Source: Octopus sinensis
Lineage: Eukaryota
Length of the DNA stretch: 64,000 nucleotides
Reading direction: 5' to 3'
Assembly: GCF_006345805.1 (NCBI RefSeq)
Contig: NC_043001.1
Location: 107,322,001-107,386,000, forward strand
Shown here in pieces: positions 39,983 to 51,766 of the stretch (position 1 is the stretch's first letter; the number at the start of each line of letters is the position of its first letter). A model generated the notes under the pieces. That model ran no database searches, was not told the DNA's origin, and worked only from the letters and a program-made list of their open reading frames with translations. Both the position numbers and the translations under genes were made by a program.

Positions 39983-42416
39983 GGAATAGAGGAGCTAAGG
40001 TGTGTCCTTAGGAAGGCTCATAAATGGAAAATCCCAGGACTTGATCGGATCCCTAACTTCTGGCTGAATTGTTTGACAGAGGTACACGAAAATCTCGCTG
40101 CATCTCTGTCTGATGTCATTCAGAACCCAGAGCAAATACCTGCTTGGCTGACTGAAGGAACCACCTACCTATTACCTAAAACCGAAGACACAAAAAACCC
40201 AAAGAATTACCGGCCAATAACATGTCTCAACACCACCTACAAAATCCTCACATCCATAATAACGGAGAGAATGTACGCTTTCCTTGAACAAAACTCTATC
40301 CTTCCACAAGCTCAAAAAGGTTGTAAAAGAAACTCTTATGGGTGCAAAGACCAATTGCTCATAAACAGAATGATTGTAGAGAATTGCCGGAGCAAAAACA
40401 AAAACCTGAGTATAGCATGGATAGACTACAGGAAAGCGTATGACAGTGTCTCACATAAATGGATACTCAAGGCCCTTGAGATATACAAGATCTTGAGATA
40501 TATAGCATGACCATGTGGAACACACGTCTCTTTCTAAGCAATAGTAATGGAATGAGCCAGTCCAACAGCATCAACATCAAACGAGGCATCTTTCAAGGTG
40601 ACTCCGTCTCCATTACTTTTTTGCATGGCATTGATCCCACTCTCAAACGAATTGGATAGTACCAGATATGGGTACAAAGTTGTTAGTAAGTCAATAAACC
40701 ACCTTTTCTATATGGACGACCTAAAGCTGTTTGCCAGGAATGACCAAGAGCTAGAAGGGCTGCTAACAACTGTTAAAGAGTTTAGCAATGATATCGGAAT
40801 GGATTTTGGCCTTGATAAGTGTGCTAAAGCAACTTTTGTAAGAGGCAAGCTCAGGCAAACAGCTTATGTTAAATTAGATATTGACACTACCATCAAGGAA
40901 CTTGACCCACAAGAAAGTTACAAATACCTAGGAATCAACGAAGGAGATGGTATACATCATGCTACTATGAAGGAAAAAATAAAAAATGAATACTATAGGA
41001 GAATAAGGCTTGTACTGAAGACTGAACTCAACTCCAAAAATTGCATTGAGGCCATTAACACCCTGGCACTTCCAGCAGTCCAGTACAGTTTTAACATCAT
41101 TAACTGGAACCTTACGGAACTCCAACGCTTGGACAGGAAGACAAGAAAATTACTGACATCCAAGAGCATGCACCACCCTAAGGCAGATGTAGACCGCCTG
41201 TACCTACCTAGAAGCAGCGGGGGGAGAGGAATGATGCAATTAGAGCTGTGCTATAAGACCTCTACTGTAGGAATGAACAGGTACCTATCTAGTACAAAGG
41301 ACTGGATGCTGCGACTTGTGTGCGAACACGAAAGCAGCAAAAAGCTGCATTCTATTGTCAAGGAAGCTTATAAGTTCGAAAGGGAACTAGACATTAACCT
41401 TGAATCAGATGAAGAGCCGGAAACCACTGCTACCAAGCAAGCAAAGCGAATCAAGCAGACTGCAAAAAAGAACGGGCAGAATCAAATTGAGAGGCGGTGG
41501 AGCCAGAAGCCCCTGTATGGACAATATATTCTCCGAAGCCAAAATGCTGATGTAGACCAAGCAACAACCCATCAGTGGCTGAAGAGTTCTGGATTGAAAG
41601 CAGAGACTGAAGGCTTCATACTAGCAGCACAAGATCAAAGCTTGTTTACCAGAAATTACCAGGCTAACGTTCTCCGAAACGGTACTGACCCTAAATGCAG
41701 ATTCTGCGACACATTTGACGAAACAATAGACCATCTCGTTTCGGGATGTCCTGTGCTGACACCAAACGAATACAAAATTCGCCACAATAGGGTAGGACAG
41801 TATATACATTGGAAGATATGTAAACACTACAAATTCGGCACTCCTGCTAACTGGTATGAACACCATCCTCAGCCAGTTGTTGAAGGTAAAAATGTCACCA
41901 TCGTCTGGGATTTTCCAGTGAACACTGACAGAACGATCAAGGCTAATCGACCAGACTTAATTGTTAAAGACAGGGAAGAAAATACCTGCAGACTAATAGA
42001 GGTAAGCGTCCCCACTGATAAAAATGTATCTGTAAAGGAATTTGACAAACTTAGTAAATATAAGGACCTGGAAATCGAAATACAAAAGATGTGGAATCTT
42101 AAAACAAAAACTGTTCCTGTTATTGTAGGTGCCCTAGGTATGATAAAAAAGGGATGTCAGAAACACCTAGACAATATCCCTGGAGAACCATGACTCAAGG
42201 AAATCCAGAAGATTGTGCAAACAAGTACTGCCCACATCCTTAGAAAAACCCTATCAATGTAAATGTTTGTGTTTGTATTACATGGAGATATTTCTCTACT
42301 TCCCCTCCCCAAGCTTTCAGCTATATTTCAACAACTCTTAACCTTCACTTGTCCTAGGGCGCTGAGTGTGCCCCGGCAAGTGATTGCATCAAACATGCAG
42401 ATTAAAAGTAAATGAC
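39983..42416 (+). mobile_element. 5'-truncated R4/Dong LINE (family D3) in (TAA)n
   Basis: ORFs 40073..40510 and 40598..42193 (YMDDLK, CRFCDTFDETIDHLVSGC, RPDLIV...LIEVSVP). An in-frame stop is followed by ...HILRKTLSM* at about 42261. Confidence 0.92.
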
Positions 42417-42486
42417 AATAATAATAACAATAATAATAATAATAATAATAATGATGATGATAATGATGATGATGATGATGATGATG

Positions 42487-42544
<58 letters not shown>

Positions 42545-42569
42545 TGATGATGATGATGATGATGATGAC

Positions 42570-42635
<66 letters not shown>
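42417..42635. repeat. (AAT)n/(GAT)n compound microsatellite
   Basis: Read directly from the sequence. Confidence 0.95.
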
Positions 42636-42968
42636 CTCAAGGCGGTTACAATACCAGTGATCGTAGGAGCACTAGGAATGATCAAGAAGGGAACCGAAAA
42701 TTATATGAGAATGATCCCTGGCTTACCATCCCTGCAAGAAGTGCAAAAGATTGTCTTAACTGGTACATCACACGTATTGAGAAGAGCATTGTCGATGTGA
42801 GAACTGTTGCTGCTCATGTATTTTAATTTAACTAAAAAAAAAAAAAATGAACGATCTACTGTGTTTGGTTTAATGGCCTACCATTCTATACTATGCGTTT
42901 CTTTGCCCTAGAAGTCGGGAAGACACTCGGCAAGAAATGGAAGCAAATTTGAAAGAAGAAAAAAAAAG
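42636..42968 (+). mobile_element. Short 3'-end copy of Dong family D1 in (TAA)n
   Basis: LKAVTIPVIVGALGMIKKG...RRALSM* and a 3' UTR nearly identical to the reverse complement of 7158-7500. Confidence 0.9.
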
Positions 42969-43025
42969 TAATAATCATAATAATAATAATAATAATATAA
43001 TAATAATAATAATAATAACAACAAC

Positions 43026-43208
43026 CACATTGAAAAATACCTTAGGAATGAGAACCCAAGTTCGAAAATTCCGCAAGATACCTGATGAAGGCTGGAGAGT
43101 ATATCAGCCGAGACGTGTTAACAACAAAGATGAGGACAACTATCCGTCAAATGTAAAAATGCAAATAACGTACATAATTCCTCATCTCTTAAATATAGAA
43201 CTGTATTA
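43026..43208 (+). mobile_element. Penelope-like terminal repeat (family E) with a mutated hammerhead at about 43075-43120
   Basis: agatac CUGAUGA a GGCUG-loop-CAGCC GAGACGU. Second copy at 46085-46272. Confidence 0.65.
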
Positions 43209-43698
43209 GTCATATTTTTATAGCGTGCTTTCATTTCACCACTGAGCGCAGCTCTGTGTGCCTTGGGTATGTATGTGCTGTGGTTTGCTGTGATGCTCTT
43301 ATTGCGACTGTATTGAAAGTGTTTTACGTAGGATGTGTGCAGTGCCTTGTAGTGCAGTGTGCAGTGTGCAGTGCCTAGTATGCTATTTTCTGGTGTCTTT
43401 GCTATGTATTTGTCTGAATATTTTTTTATCATACCTAATGCGCTTACTATGATAGGAATTGTTTCTGTTTTTAGACTCCACATTCGAGTTACTTCTATTT
43501 CCACGTCTTTGTATTTTGAAAGTTTCTCCATTTCTTTTAGAGAAACGTTGTCATCTGCTAGTATTGATACATCAATTAGAAAGCGTTTTTTTTCTTCATG
43601 ATATCTGACATCTATATCTGGCCTGTTGGCTTTAATTTCTCTGGCTGTGTGTATTGGCATATCCCATAATATGGTTGCTTTCTCATTTTCTGTGACCT
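43209..43698 (-). mobile_element. 3'-end copy of Dong family D2
   Basis: ORF 43118..43660 (KANRPDIDVR...LIDVSILADDN...KYKD) and a 3' UTR matching 39775-39866. Confidence 0.88.
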
Positions 43699-43803
43699 TA
43701 TTATTATTGCTATTATTATTATCATTTTTCTTCTTCTTCTTCTTCTTCTCTTCTTCTTCTTCTTCTTCTTCTTCTTCTTCTTCTTCTTCTTCTTCTTCTT
43801 CTT

Positions 43804-43855
<52 letters not shown>

Positions 43856-43864
43856 TATTATTAT

Positions 43865-43902
<38 letters not shown>

Positions 43903-43904
43903 TT

Positions 43905-44468
43905 ATTTACATTATCATCTTTAAATTCTGTTTCCTTTTCTTGTCGAGTGTCTTCCTCACATCTAGGGCAGATAAACGCATTGTATACATTGGTAAGCCA
44001 TTAAAATAAACACACCAAATTGTCCATTTACAAAGTCATGTGATAGAGAATAACGGGAAGAAAGACAGAGACAAAAAATAAATTAAAATTAAAATTTAAA
44101 AACGTAAGCAAAGAAATTAAAATGGAAAAAGGGAAATACAATTTTCAGCGGCAATGCTCTTTTCAATGCGTATGACATATCAGTTAAGACAATCTTTCGC
44201 ACTTCCTGCATGGATACTAAGCCAGGGATCATTCTTAAATAATCTTCAGTTCCTTTTTTGATCATTGCAAGTGCTCCTGCAATCACTGGTATTGTAACTG
44301 TCTTGAGATACCACATCTTTTCGATTTCGATTTGCAAATCTTTATATTTTCTGAGCTTATCATATTCTTTTGCCGAGATATTATGGTCACAGAGTATGCT
44401 CAGGACTCAAAGTAGAGACGGAGGGATTTTTAATCGCAGCACAAGACCAAAGCCTCCCTATCAGAAAT
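43905..44468 (-). mobile_element. Dong 3'-end copy (family D4) with an inverted 5' segment
   Basis: Minus strand 43905-44402 reads SILCDHNISAKEYDKLRKYKDLQIEIEKMW...ALKRAL plus the 3' UTR. Plus strand 44398-44468 reads SGLKVETEGFLIAAQDQSLPIRN. Confidence 0.85.
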
Positions 44469-44938
44469 TGGTATAAAAGATGGGCTACAGCAAATATTCT
44501 GCTCAATACTACAGATTTGCTTGTCAGTTGTTTGACCTTAACCAGTTCACCATGTCCCTTAGTGGCTGACGATATGTGCATCTCTGATCACGAGCAGAAG
44601 TAGTGGGGAGCATCATAGCCATGTATTGAAAGGAATTCTTGGAGGCTTGGATAATTCACCTTTGAAAACATGGGTGTGTCGTTCAACATCCTTAAACAAT
44701 CCTTATTCAGGGACCTTTTGAGTGGGATGGGCTACTCGACCAGAAGAAAATTCTAACTGGGCCCCACCTGCAAGGTCATACGCTGTTTATCTTGATTTGA
44801 GATCACCATGTCGCGCACATATGTTTGTGATGCTTGTCCCTGGAGTACCCTTATCAGACGGATAGTCATGATGGGTATACTGGGCTTTGTATATTTTACC
44901 CCAGTGTCACTTTAATGGCATGCACTGCTCTCTCACTC
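44468..44938. mobile_element. Truncated family C element (inverted relative to 36283), ending in (AAT)n
   Basis: Reverse complement of most of 36283-36838. Confidence 0.85.
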
Positions 44939-44957
44939 AATAATAATAATGATGATG

Positions 44958-45006
<49 letters not shown>

Positions 45007-45025
45007 CAACAACAACAACAACAAC

Positions 45026-45084
<59 letters not shown>

Positions 45085-45679
45085 TAGTGAAAATAGCTCC
45101 GGGCTAAAAAAAATGGACCTACTCTAAGAAGCTCTCTCCACAAAACAAACTTAATCCAATAGCATCGGTGCGATAGAAGGAAAACTTCACAATACAACTG
45201 TGGGGAAATTTCTGTTAAAGAATAAGAACAAAAAATTCGGCAAGATTTTTGTCATGTAAAGTGTAGTTTCTTTCTTAAATTCGCGATATCTCAATGCGAC
45301 ATACGCGAGAAGTCGAAACCAGCACCAGGAACCCTGGAAAACCACCACTTCCACAGTAAGTACGTAAATCGAATGATTACCTTTATATGCAACTGTTCAT
45401 GCATACATGTATAAATAACACAAACACTGTCTACACGATACATACGTACATACATAGAAAATTAAAGAAAAACATTTGTTACGCGTGACGCCGAACCAAA
45501 CAAAACCAAAGCGACTTCCCATGAACGAATAAAATAATGGAGCAAATTCGTTATTCAGTTTAAAAGATCACTAAACAATCATGCCTGGAAACATAGCTAC
45601 CAAAAAGAATACTGGCGCTTTTCGATCTATCGGCCGATGATATGACAAATATATCCATTATATTCTATTGGCAAAAATA

Positions 45680-46030
45680 AGATAGAAGTAAAGGAGCCAC
45701 CTAAGACTGAGGAAATGGAAGAGTTCTGGAAGAAGATATGGAGCTACAAGAAAGAATATGATGCTGAAGCTGAGTGGATAGAGCGAGAGAAAGTGAGACA
45801 GGATGAAGTTGAAGAGCAGAAATGGGAGGCAATAAAAATAGAAGAGCTAAGATGTGTTCTTAGGAAGTCTCACAAATGGAAAATCCAATGACTGGACCGA
45901 ATTCCTAATTTCTGTCTGAATTGTTTCACAGAAGTACACCAAGATTTCGCTGCATCCCTAACTGAATCCAGAACACATACAGGCCTAGTTGACTGAAGGA
46001 ACCACTTACCTTCTACTAAACACACGAAGG
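45680..46030 (+). mobile_element. Internal fragment of a D3-like Dong LINE
   Basis: EPPKTEEMEEFWKKIWS...IKIEELRCVLRKSHKWK...TEGTTYLL, overlapping in homology with 39983-40160. Confidence 0.75.
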
Positions 46031-46084
46031 CTGGCGTCACCAAAACTGAAAATTGTGTAATTAAAGAAAAATTTAAACAAGAAA

Positions 46085-46272
46085 TGAACACAGTTCTATA
46101 TTTAAGAGAAGAAGAATTATGTACATTGTTTACATTATTTACATTTGACGGATATTTGTCCTCATTTGTTTGTTGCTAACACAACTTTTCGACTGATTAC
46201 CCTCCAGCCTTCATCAGGTGGCTTAGAGAAATTTCGAACCTGAGTTCTCGTTCCTAAGGTATTTTTCGATGT
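46085..46272 (-). mobile_element. Family E Penelope-like terminal repeat with a mutated hammerhead at about 46175-46222
   Basis: Minus strand: agccac CUGAUGA a GGCUG-loop-CAGUC GAAA a GUU GUGUU. Confidence 0.65.
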
Positions 46273-46283
46273 TATTATTGTTA

Positions 46284-46322
<39 letters not shown>

Positions 46323-46352
46323 TATTATTATTATTATTATATTATTATTATT

Positions 46353-46912
46353 GAGTGAGAGAGCAGTGCATGCCATCAAAGTGACACTGGGGTACAAATA
46401 TACGAAGCCGAGTGAACCCATCATGACTACCCGTCTGATAAGGGTACACTAGCCACATGCATCACAACCATATGTGCGCGACATAGTGATCTCATATCAA
46501 GATTAACAGCGCATGACCTTGCGGATGGAGCCCAGTTAGAATTTTCTTCAGGATGGGTAGCCCAGCACGCTCAAAAGATCCCTTTTGAGATTAGGGTTGT
46601 TTAAGGATGTTGAACGAAACACCCATGTTTTCAAAGGTGAATTATCCAAACTCCAAACAATTGCTCTCAACACATGACTATGATGCTCCCTCACTACTTC
46701 TGCTCGGGATCAGAGATGCACATGTCGTCAGCCACTAAGGGACATGCTCAATTAGTTAAGATCAAACAACTGACAAGCAAATCTGTGGTATTGAATAGAA
46801 TATTTGCTGTAGCCCATCTTTTATACCAAGACAAAACAATGTACATGATAACACTTCCAATAAGTTAAGATCAGAAGCCATGAGAGCCACTGCCTGGTAC
46901 TGCATCAGGGCA
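46353..46912. mobile_element. Complete family C element in (TTA)n
   Basis: Same termini and length as 36283-36838. Confidence 0.85.
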
Positions 46913-46948
46913 GTTGTTATTATTATTATTACATCATTATTATCATTC

Positions 46949-46991
<43 letters not shown>

Positions 46992-47003
46992 GTTTAGTTT
47001 TAT

Positions 47004-47080
47004 TCAGGTCTCTGTCTGGAATCGAACTCGGAATCTTGTGGTTAGTAGCCTTCGCTCTTAACTACTACGCCGTATGCCCG
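47004..47080 (-). mobile_element. Single ~75-bp tRNA-like SINE next to a (TAA)n tract
   Basis: GGGCATACGGCGTAGTAGTTAAGAGCG...GAGTTCGATTCCAGAC, same family as the palindrome arms. Confidence 0.85.
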
Positions 47081-47204
47081 AAGAAAAAAGAAAGAAAAAG
47101 TATGGAAGGAAAAGAAAATGTACGGTCAGTTGCCAAGAGATGTGAATACCAAGACAGATACAGAGGACAGCACTCAATATATTTGTCTAATAAGCGCGGT
47201 ATAC

Positions 47205-48790
47205 CCTCCAGGTAAACCTCAAAGCCGCTGTCTCAAGAATGCCACTCATTGAAAGGAGCTCGGCGAAATGCTGCCGAAACACTGTGCCCATGTGTTTGGA
47301 AATGGAGTGCACATGACCTCTGCGGTCCATCACAGAGCGAATCCTAGATTTGTTTCCATGTTGTACCTCTGCTACCCGGGCTCAACCAACGGATTTTAAG
47401 CCTTCATATTTCAAGGTACGCACCCTAGCTTGGACGATACAGCCTTTATGCTTTACATCGAAGAAATGGTCGAGTGCCATTTTCGTCGCTAGCACGTCAT
47501 TTGCAATCCCACTTTAATGTATCTCTTTTAAGTTACTAATTTGTTTGCTATTTTGCTGTTTTATAAAGCAATCTCTTTGCTAAAACTAACTGACACCTCT
47601 CTGATTTTCTTTTTTAGGAGATCCACTACCTGTTGTTGATGATGTCTCCCGTCAATTTCTGTTGAAGTAGTCTACTAATCCGGTCCCTGAAATCTTTCAG
47701 CTCCGGGAAGGACGCGTTCCTCTTCCAGTAACCAGTTCGTAGTTTGATTGTTTTTCCTAAGTTAACTGTAAAGGTCCCGAATTTGTGATATGAATAACCA
47801 ACGATCTGAAAACGTGGACAACTTATACTATGTCTATCTGCTAGCCTAATGAAAACCCTATCTAAGTATGACCTGGGTGACCCATTGCGATTTGACCAAG
47901 TTCACACTGGTGTATTTGGGTAATCGAGGCGAAACCTGTCATACAGTTGGAAATGCCTGAGTAAGTCAGCATGGCTTTTTCACCCCACTCTCCTATCCGC
48001 TACCTCAACGTAATCTTTGCTTGTGTCTAAGATCCCATTCCAGTTGACCACTAGCACTAATGACCGAGATGTCCCTAGGAAAGTGTCTAGACGTCTAAAA
48101 AAATCTGGCCGTCCAGCTCTTGTTGGGGCGTAAACTGCCATTAGTCTGAAAGTTTCCCCACTGCCTTCTTTGCTGCTTAAGTCCAAGACCACCATCCTAC
48201 CAACAGGGTCGAGGAAAACTGTAATTCACTCTCAAGTCAAGGCCTTTTCGAAAAAGCACCACGACACCACTTGATTCAGGCCGACCAGAGGAGGTACAAA
48301 CAACGTAGTCGCCCAGAAGAGCAAGCAATTAACTTACTTCTTGTCCCATTGCACATAACTTATCCCCGACAATGTACCCTTCGTGTTTAGCTTTGAGATG
48401 TTGATCGAGCGCCAACCTCACCGCTAAAACTTTGGATGCAGAGCCTGATCTCATTGTTTTTTCTAATGCCTTAACTAGAGCCTTTTAACTCTATTTCTAG
48501 CACGAGCTAATTCCTTACTGGATCTAATCGACTCAAATTTTATGGCTCTCTTGAGGGCATACCACCATTTATTATTTATAATGAAGCCGGTTAATGCCCT
48601 CATCACTAGCTGTCTAATCCGGTTCCTGTAAGCTTCACAGTCCAAGAGCAACTTGTTTAACTTCCCGTACCCGGATCCCTGTCTACACTTACTATCCAAG
48701 TCAAGCATACAGGTCACAAATTTGTGATCACTGTAGTTGACAATGTTGTGTTGTGGACAGCTAGCTATGTCTATGTATCGTGCACATAGT
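47205..48790 (-). mobile_element. Two abutting decayed Tx1 ORF2 fragments
   Basis: 48330-48790 matches roughly aa 215-360 of the 27868 ORF (SDHKF, INNKWW, LALDQH). 47205-48330 restarts near aa 45 (VYAPT, YLDRV, FRQHFA). Confidence 0.8.
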
Positions 48791-50630
48791 ATTTTTATAT
48801 TCGTTTTGGTTTAGCTTCTTGTAGAAGTTATGGTCATTGAGTTCTTTCATCACCATATCTCCGTAATGGTTATTTTCCATGATAACTATTGCTCCACCTT
48901 TGTTAGCTTCTTTGAAAATTATCGAAGAGTCATTTTGTAAATTAGATATGTTAGAATTATATTTCCTTTCTGTTTTATTAGGCTGAGCTGATCGTCGTAG
49001 GTGGCTAATATATTCTAAATTTTGGTCTCTGTTTAAGAGAGGTCTGAATTGTTTTCTGTTTTTAACCAGTGATTCGTCTGTGTCCAGCTTTTAACTAAAA
49101 AAATTCTCTCAAACGTAATTTTTGGCAAAATTCTTCTGTGTCTTTTATGAGTTCAGCTTGGTTGAGTTTTGGAGTAGGTATAAATTTCAAACCATTTTCC
49201 AGAAGTTGAATTTCTTCTTAGGATAATTTCTTTGTAGATAAATTTAGTATTTTCGGTTTGTTTTCTAATGTCTCGGGAAGAATGGTTTTCTGCTTTTGGT
49301 GGCAGATTCCCTGCCTTCAAAAATGATTTCCATTGGAGTTGGAAATGTTTATGTGGGAATTTTGTATTTTTCTCTATGTAAATATTTAAAGTTGGTTATT
49401 CATAGGTGAGTATGTTCTTGGTTGTTGGAGACTCAGTATTCTATTGTTTTTCCATGTGGTTCGTTTTAGTCTATGGATTTGTCTCTTGGGAGTTCTATTT
49501 GTTTTTTGGCTGGGGTTGTATTTTCTCTTGTTTCTTATTATATCCGTGTATTATCGCAAATTTGTGTTTCTTAGAGGACTGAGGTGCCTTTGTCTGTTTT
49601 GTGAGAAAATTTCCTTTCTTTTAATGTCGTTTTGAGGTCTGAAGGTTGTCGTAGTAGGTTGGCATAGGTTTTGTCAGGGTTTTCTGATAGGTGTTTTCGT
49701 ATTGTTGTAACCAGAGGATTTTTGATTCCAGGATCTTCTTCGGTTTCGTCTCCTCTCTGATGGTGTCGGTTTCCCACGTCTTGTTTTTTGTTTTTTTTTT
49801 CTCTTGATACTTCCACTGCTCCTTTTGTTATTTTCTTCAAGTATATACGTGTCTTATTTTTCAAATTTCTTTTGGAAGTTTGTTGCTCTAAGGCGAAGAA
49901 GTGTGATTTCAGCCTGAAATCTCTGTAGTGCTGAAATGAAGCGAATCTTCGTTTCTTCATTTGATTCCGACGTTATTACTTTGATACGAAATTTTCTTCG
50001 GTTACTTCTTCTCTGCTCCTCCACTGTTCACATGTGTTGGCTGGGTTTCCATGTTTTAGGGTTCTCCAGTATGATTGTTTTCTTTTAGGTAATATGTTAT
50101 TCCAGATGTTTTTCATTTGGCTTTTCTTTTTGTATGCCTTCTTTTCCAAATTTGAGCTCATCCCATTCTTTTAATGTTTTGTGTGGTTGAATTTAGGTTG
50201 TGGATATCCGTTTGTGGAGGTCTGTTTTGGCTTTCATTTTCATGATGGTCTGTAAGAAAGGAATGAAATGTTTCTCTGTAGATCCGTGTTTTTGTTCCAT
50301 TCCATGGAAGGCATTAGTAAGAGATTCATATTTGTTTATCACGGTTGGAAGTTTTGGGGAAATGTCCTCTTATAATGTTTCAGATTTCAGTGATTCCGCT
50401 GCTGATTTTGATCCTGTATAAGCCATCATATTTTGTACCAATCCGACTAATAAAGAGAAGGTTTTCGGTACGGTACTATATATATTTTTGAAAGAATGAG
50501 TAGAGATGCCTTTTTTGAGGGGATGATTTTTATTTTAATCTTAATAATAATGTTTAGAGTGAGTTACTCTGATGAGAGTTTCGAGGTTCAAGTAGCCGTT
50601 TTTTGACCGAAAAATGTATGTTTTACTGTA
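48790..50630 (-). mobile_element. Decayed 5' portion of a Penelope-like element
   Basis: Broken minus-strand frames read KILNLS...LLENGLKFIPTP...FCQKLRLREFF and DSSIIFKEANKGGAIVIM...Y...L, the typical region preceding PLE RT. Confidence 0.72.
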
Positions 50631-50632
50631 AT

Positions 50633-50672
<40 letters not shown>

Positions 50673-50687
50673 TATATAATATATATG

Positions 50688-50736
<49 letters not shown>

Positions 50737-50919
50737 GTATGTATTTATATGTATGTATATATATATATAAAGTTAATCCAACAAGAAAGCAAAAAAACAC
50801 ACAACGCAAGGATGTGGAACAAATAAGTATTATTGGACGCTCAGGAAAGAAGGATTTATATATATATATATATTATTATTTTTTTATATTTTAAAATATT
50901 GATATTTTAGATTGGAAGT

Positions 50920-50962
50920 CCACCTGAAGATTGTCGATCAGGACAAGAAACAATTGTAGTGG
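50920..50962 (+). ncRNA. Minimal type I hammerhead ribozyme
   Basis: CCAC CUGAAGA UUGUC-gaucag-GACAA GAA ACAAUUGU A GUGG: stem I CCAC/GUGG, 5-bp stem II, palindromic stem III, GUA cleavage triplet. Confidence 0.78.
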
Positions 50963-51249
50963 CGGTTTTTTTGACTTTTATTAAAATTTTATGTATGATT
51001 AAGTCTTTCCTTGTTTGTTTTGCAAAATAGTGGTTTTGTCTCTAATTAATATTATATATATATATATATATATATTATTATGTTTATGTTTTCCAGTTTC
51101 AGCTCTTAAGCTGTGGCCATGCTGGGGCACCGCCATTTATATATATACTAGCAGAATTTCCCGGCGTTGCTCGGGGCTGAATTGCTTGAAAGTACTGTTA
51201 ATGATTGCACTGAATTATGATGATTATTCAGGCAAATATTGATATAAGC

Positions 51250-51489
51250 TTACGGTGGGAGATAAGGACTTAACGATCAAACGTGTGCCATTGGATTGTT
51301 TTGGGGGAACCAAATTTCTGATGAGCATTATAGGGGCACCAACTTTAAGTTTGAGAAAGTGTGGTGGTAGTCCGGGGTGCTCAAAGGAATTGAGTACCTC
51401 TATTGGATAGTTGATGACGTCCTCTGGGTCAGAGTTGTATCGATAGAGATATCATAGACTTCCTCAGGAATGAGTTTTAGCATTTCATC
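51250..51489 (-). pseudogene. Pif1-like Helitron helicase fragment
   Basis: Reads [50 protein letters not shown]. Not in the ORF track. Confidence 0.88.
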
Positions 51490-51766
51490 TCATTATATGG
51501 TGAACAGTTTTATTCCTCGGGGCCAGTATAGCCTTTTTGCCAATCCCTTTATTTAAAAAAATATGCATTAAAATGGAAAAAAATTATGGTAAATTATTTG
51601 TAAAATCATAGACTCATCGTAGACGCGCGCTAATACCCAGAAGGGCTCGATATGAATCACGACTATAAGATACCCGGTTTTGGTTAAACTGCATCGCAAA
51701 ATGTGGGAGTAGTTAGGAATCTAAGTCGGAGTAGACAGACACACAACCTTTCTTTTATATATAAAT

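Noticed and set aside
37696-40000. Three long Dong copies truncated near the same region just before the RT domain
   Set aside because: The breakpoints differ by about 100 codons and three cases are too few to distinguish from ordinary 5' truncation.
50565-50620. CUGAUGA...GAAA near the Penelope 5' region as a hammerhead
   Set aside because: Stem II does not start at the core, and no stem III or UH cleavage site could be built.
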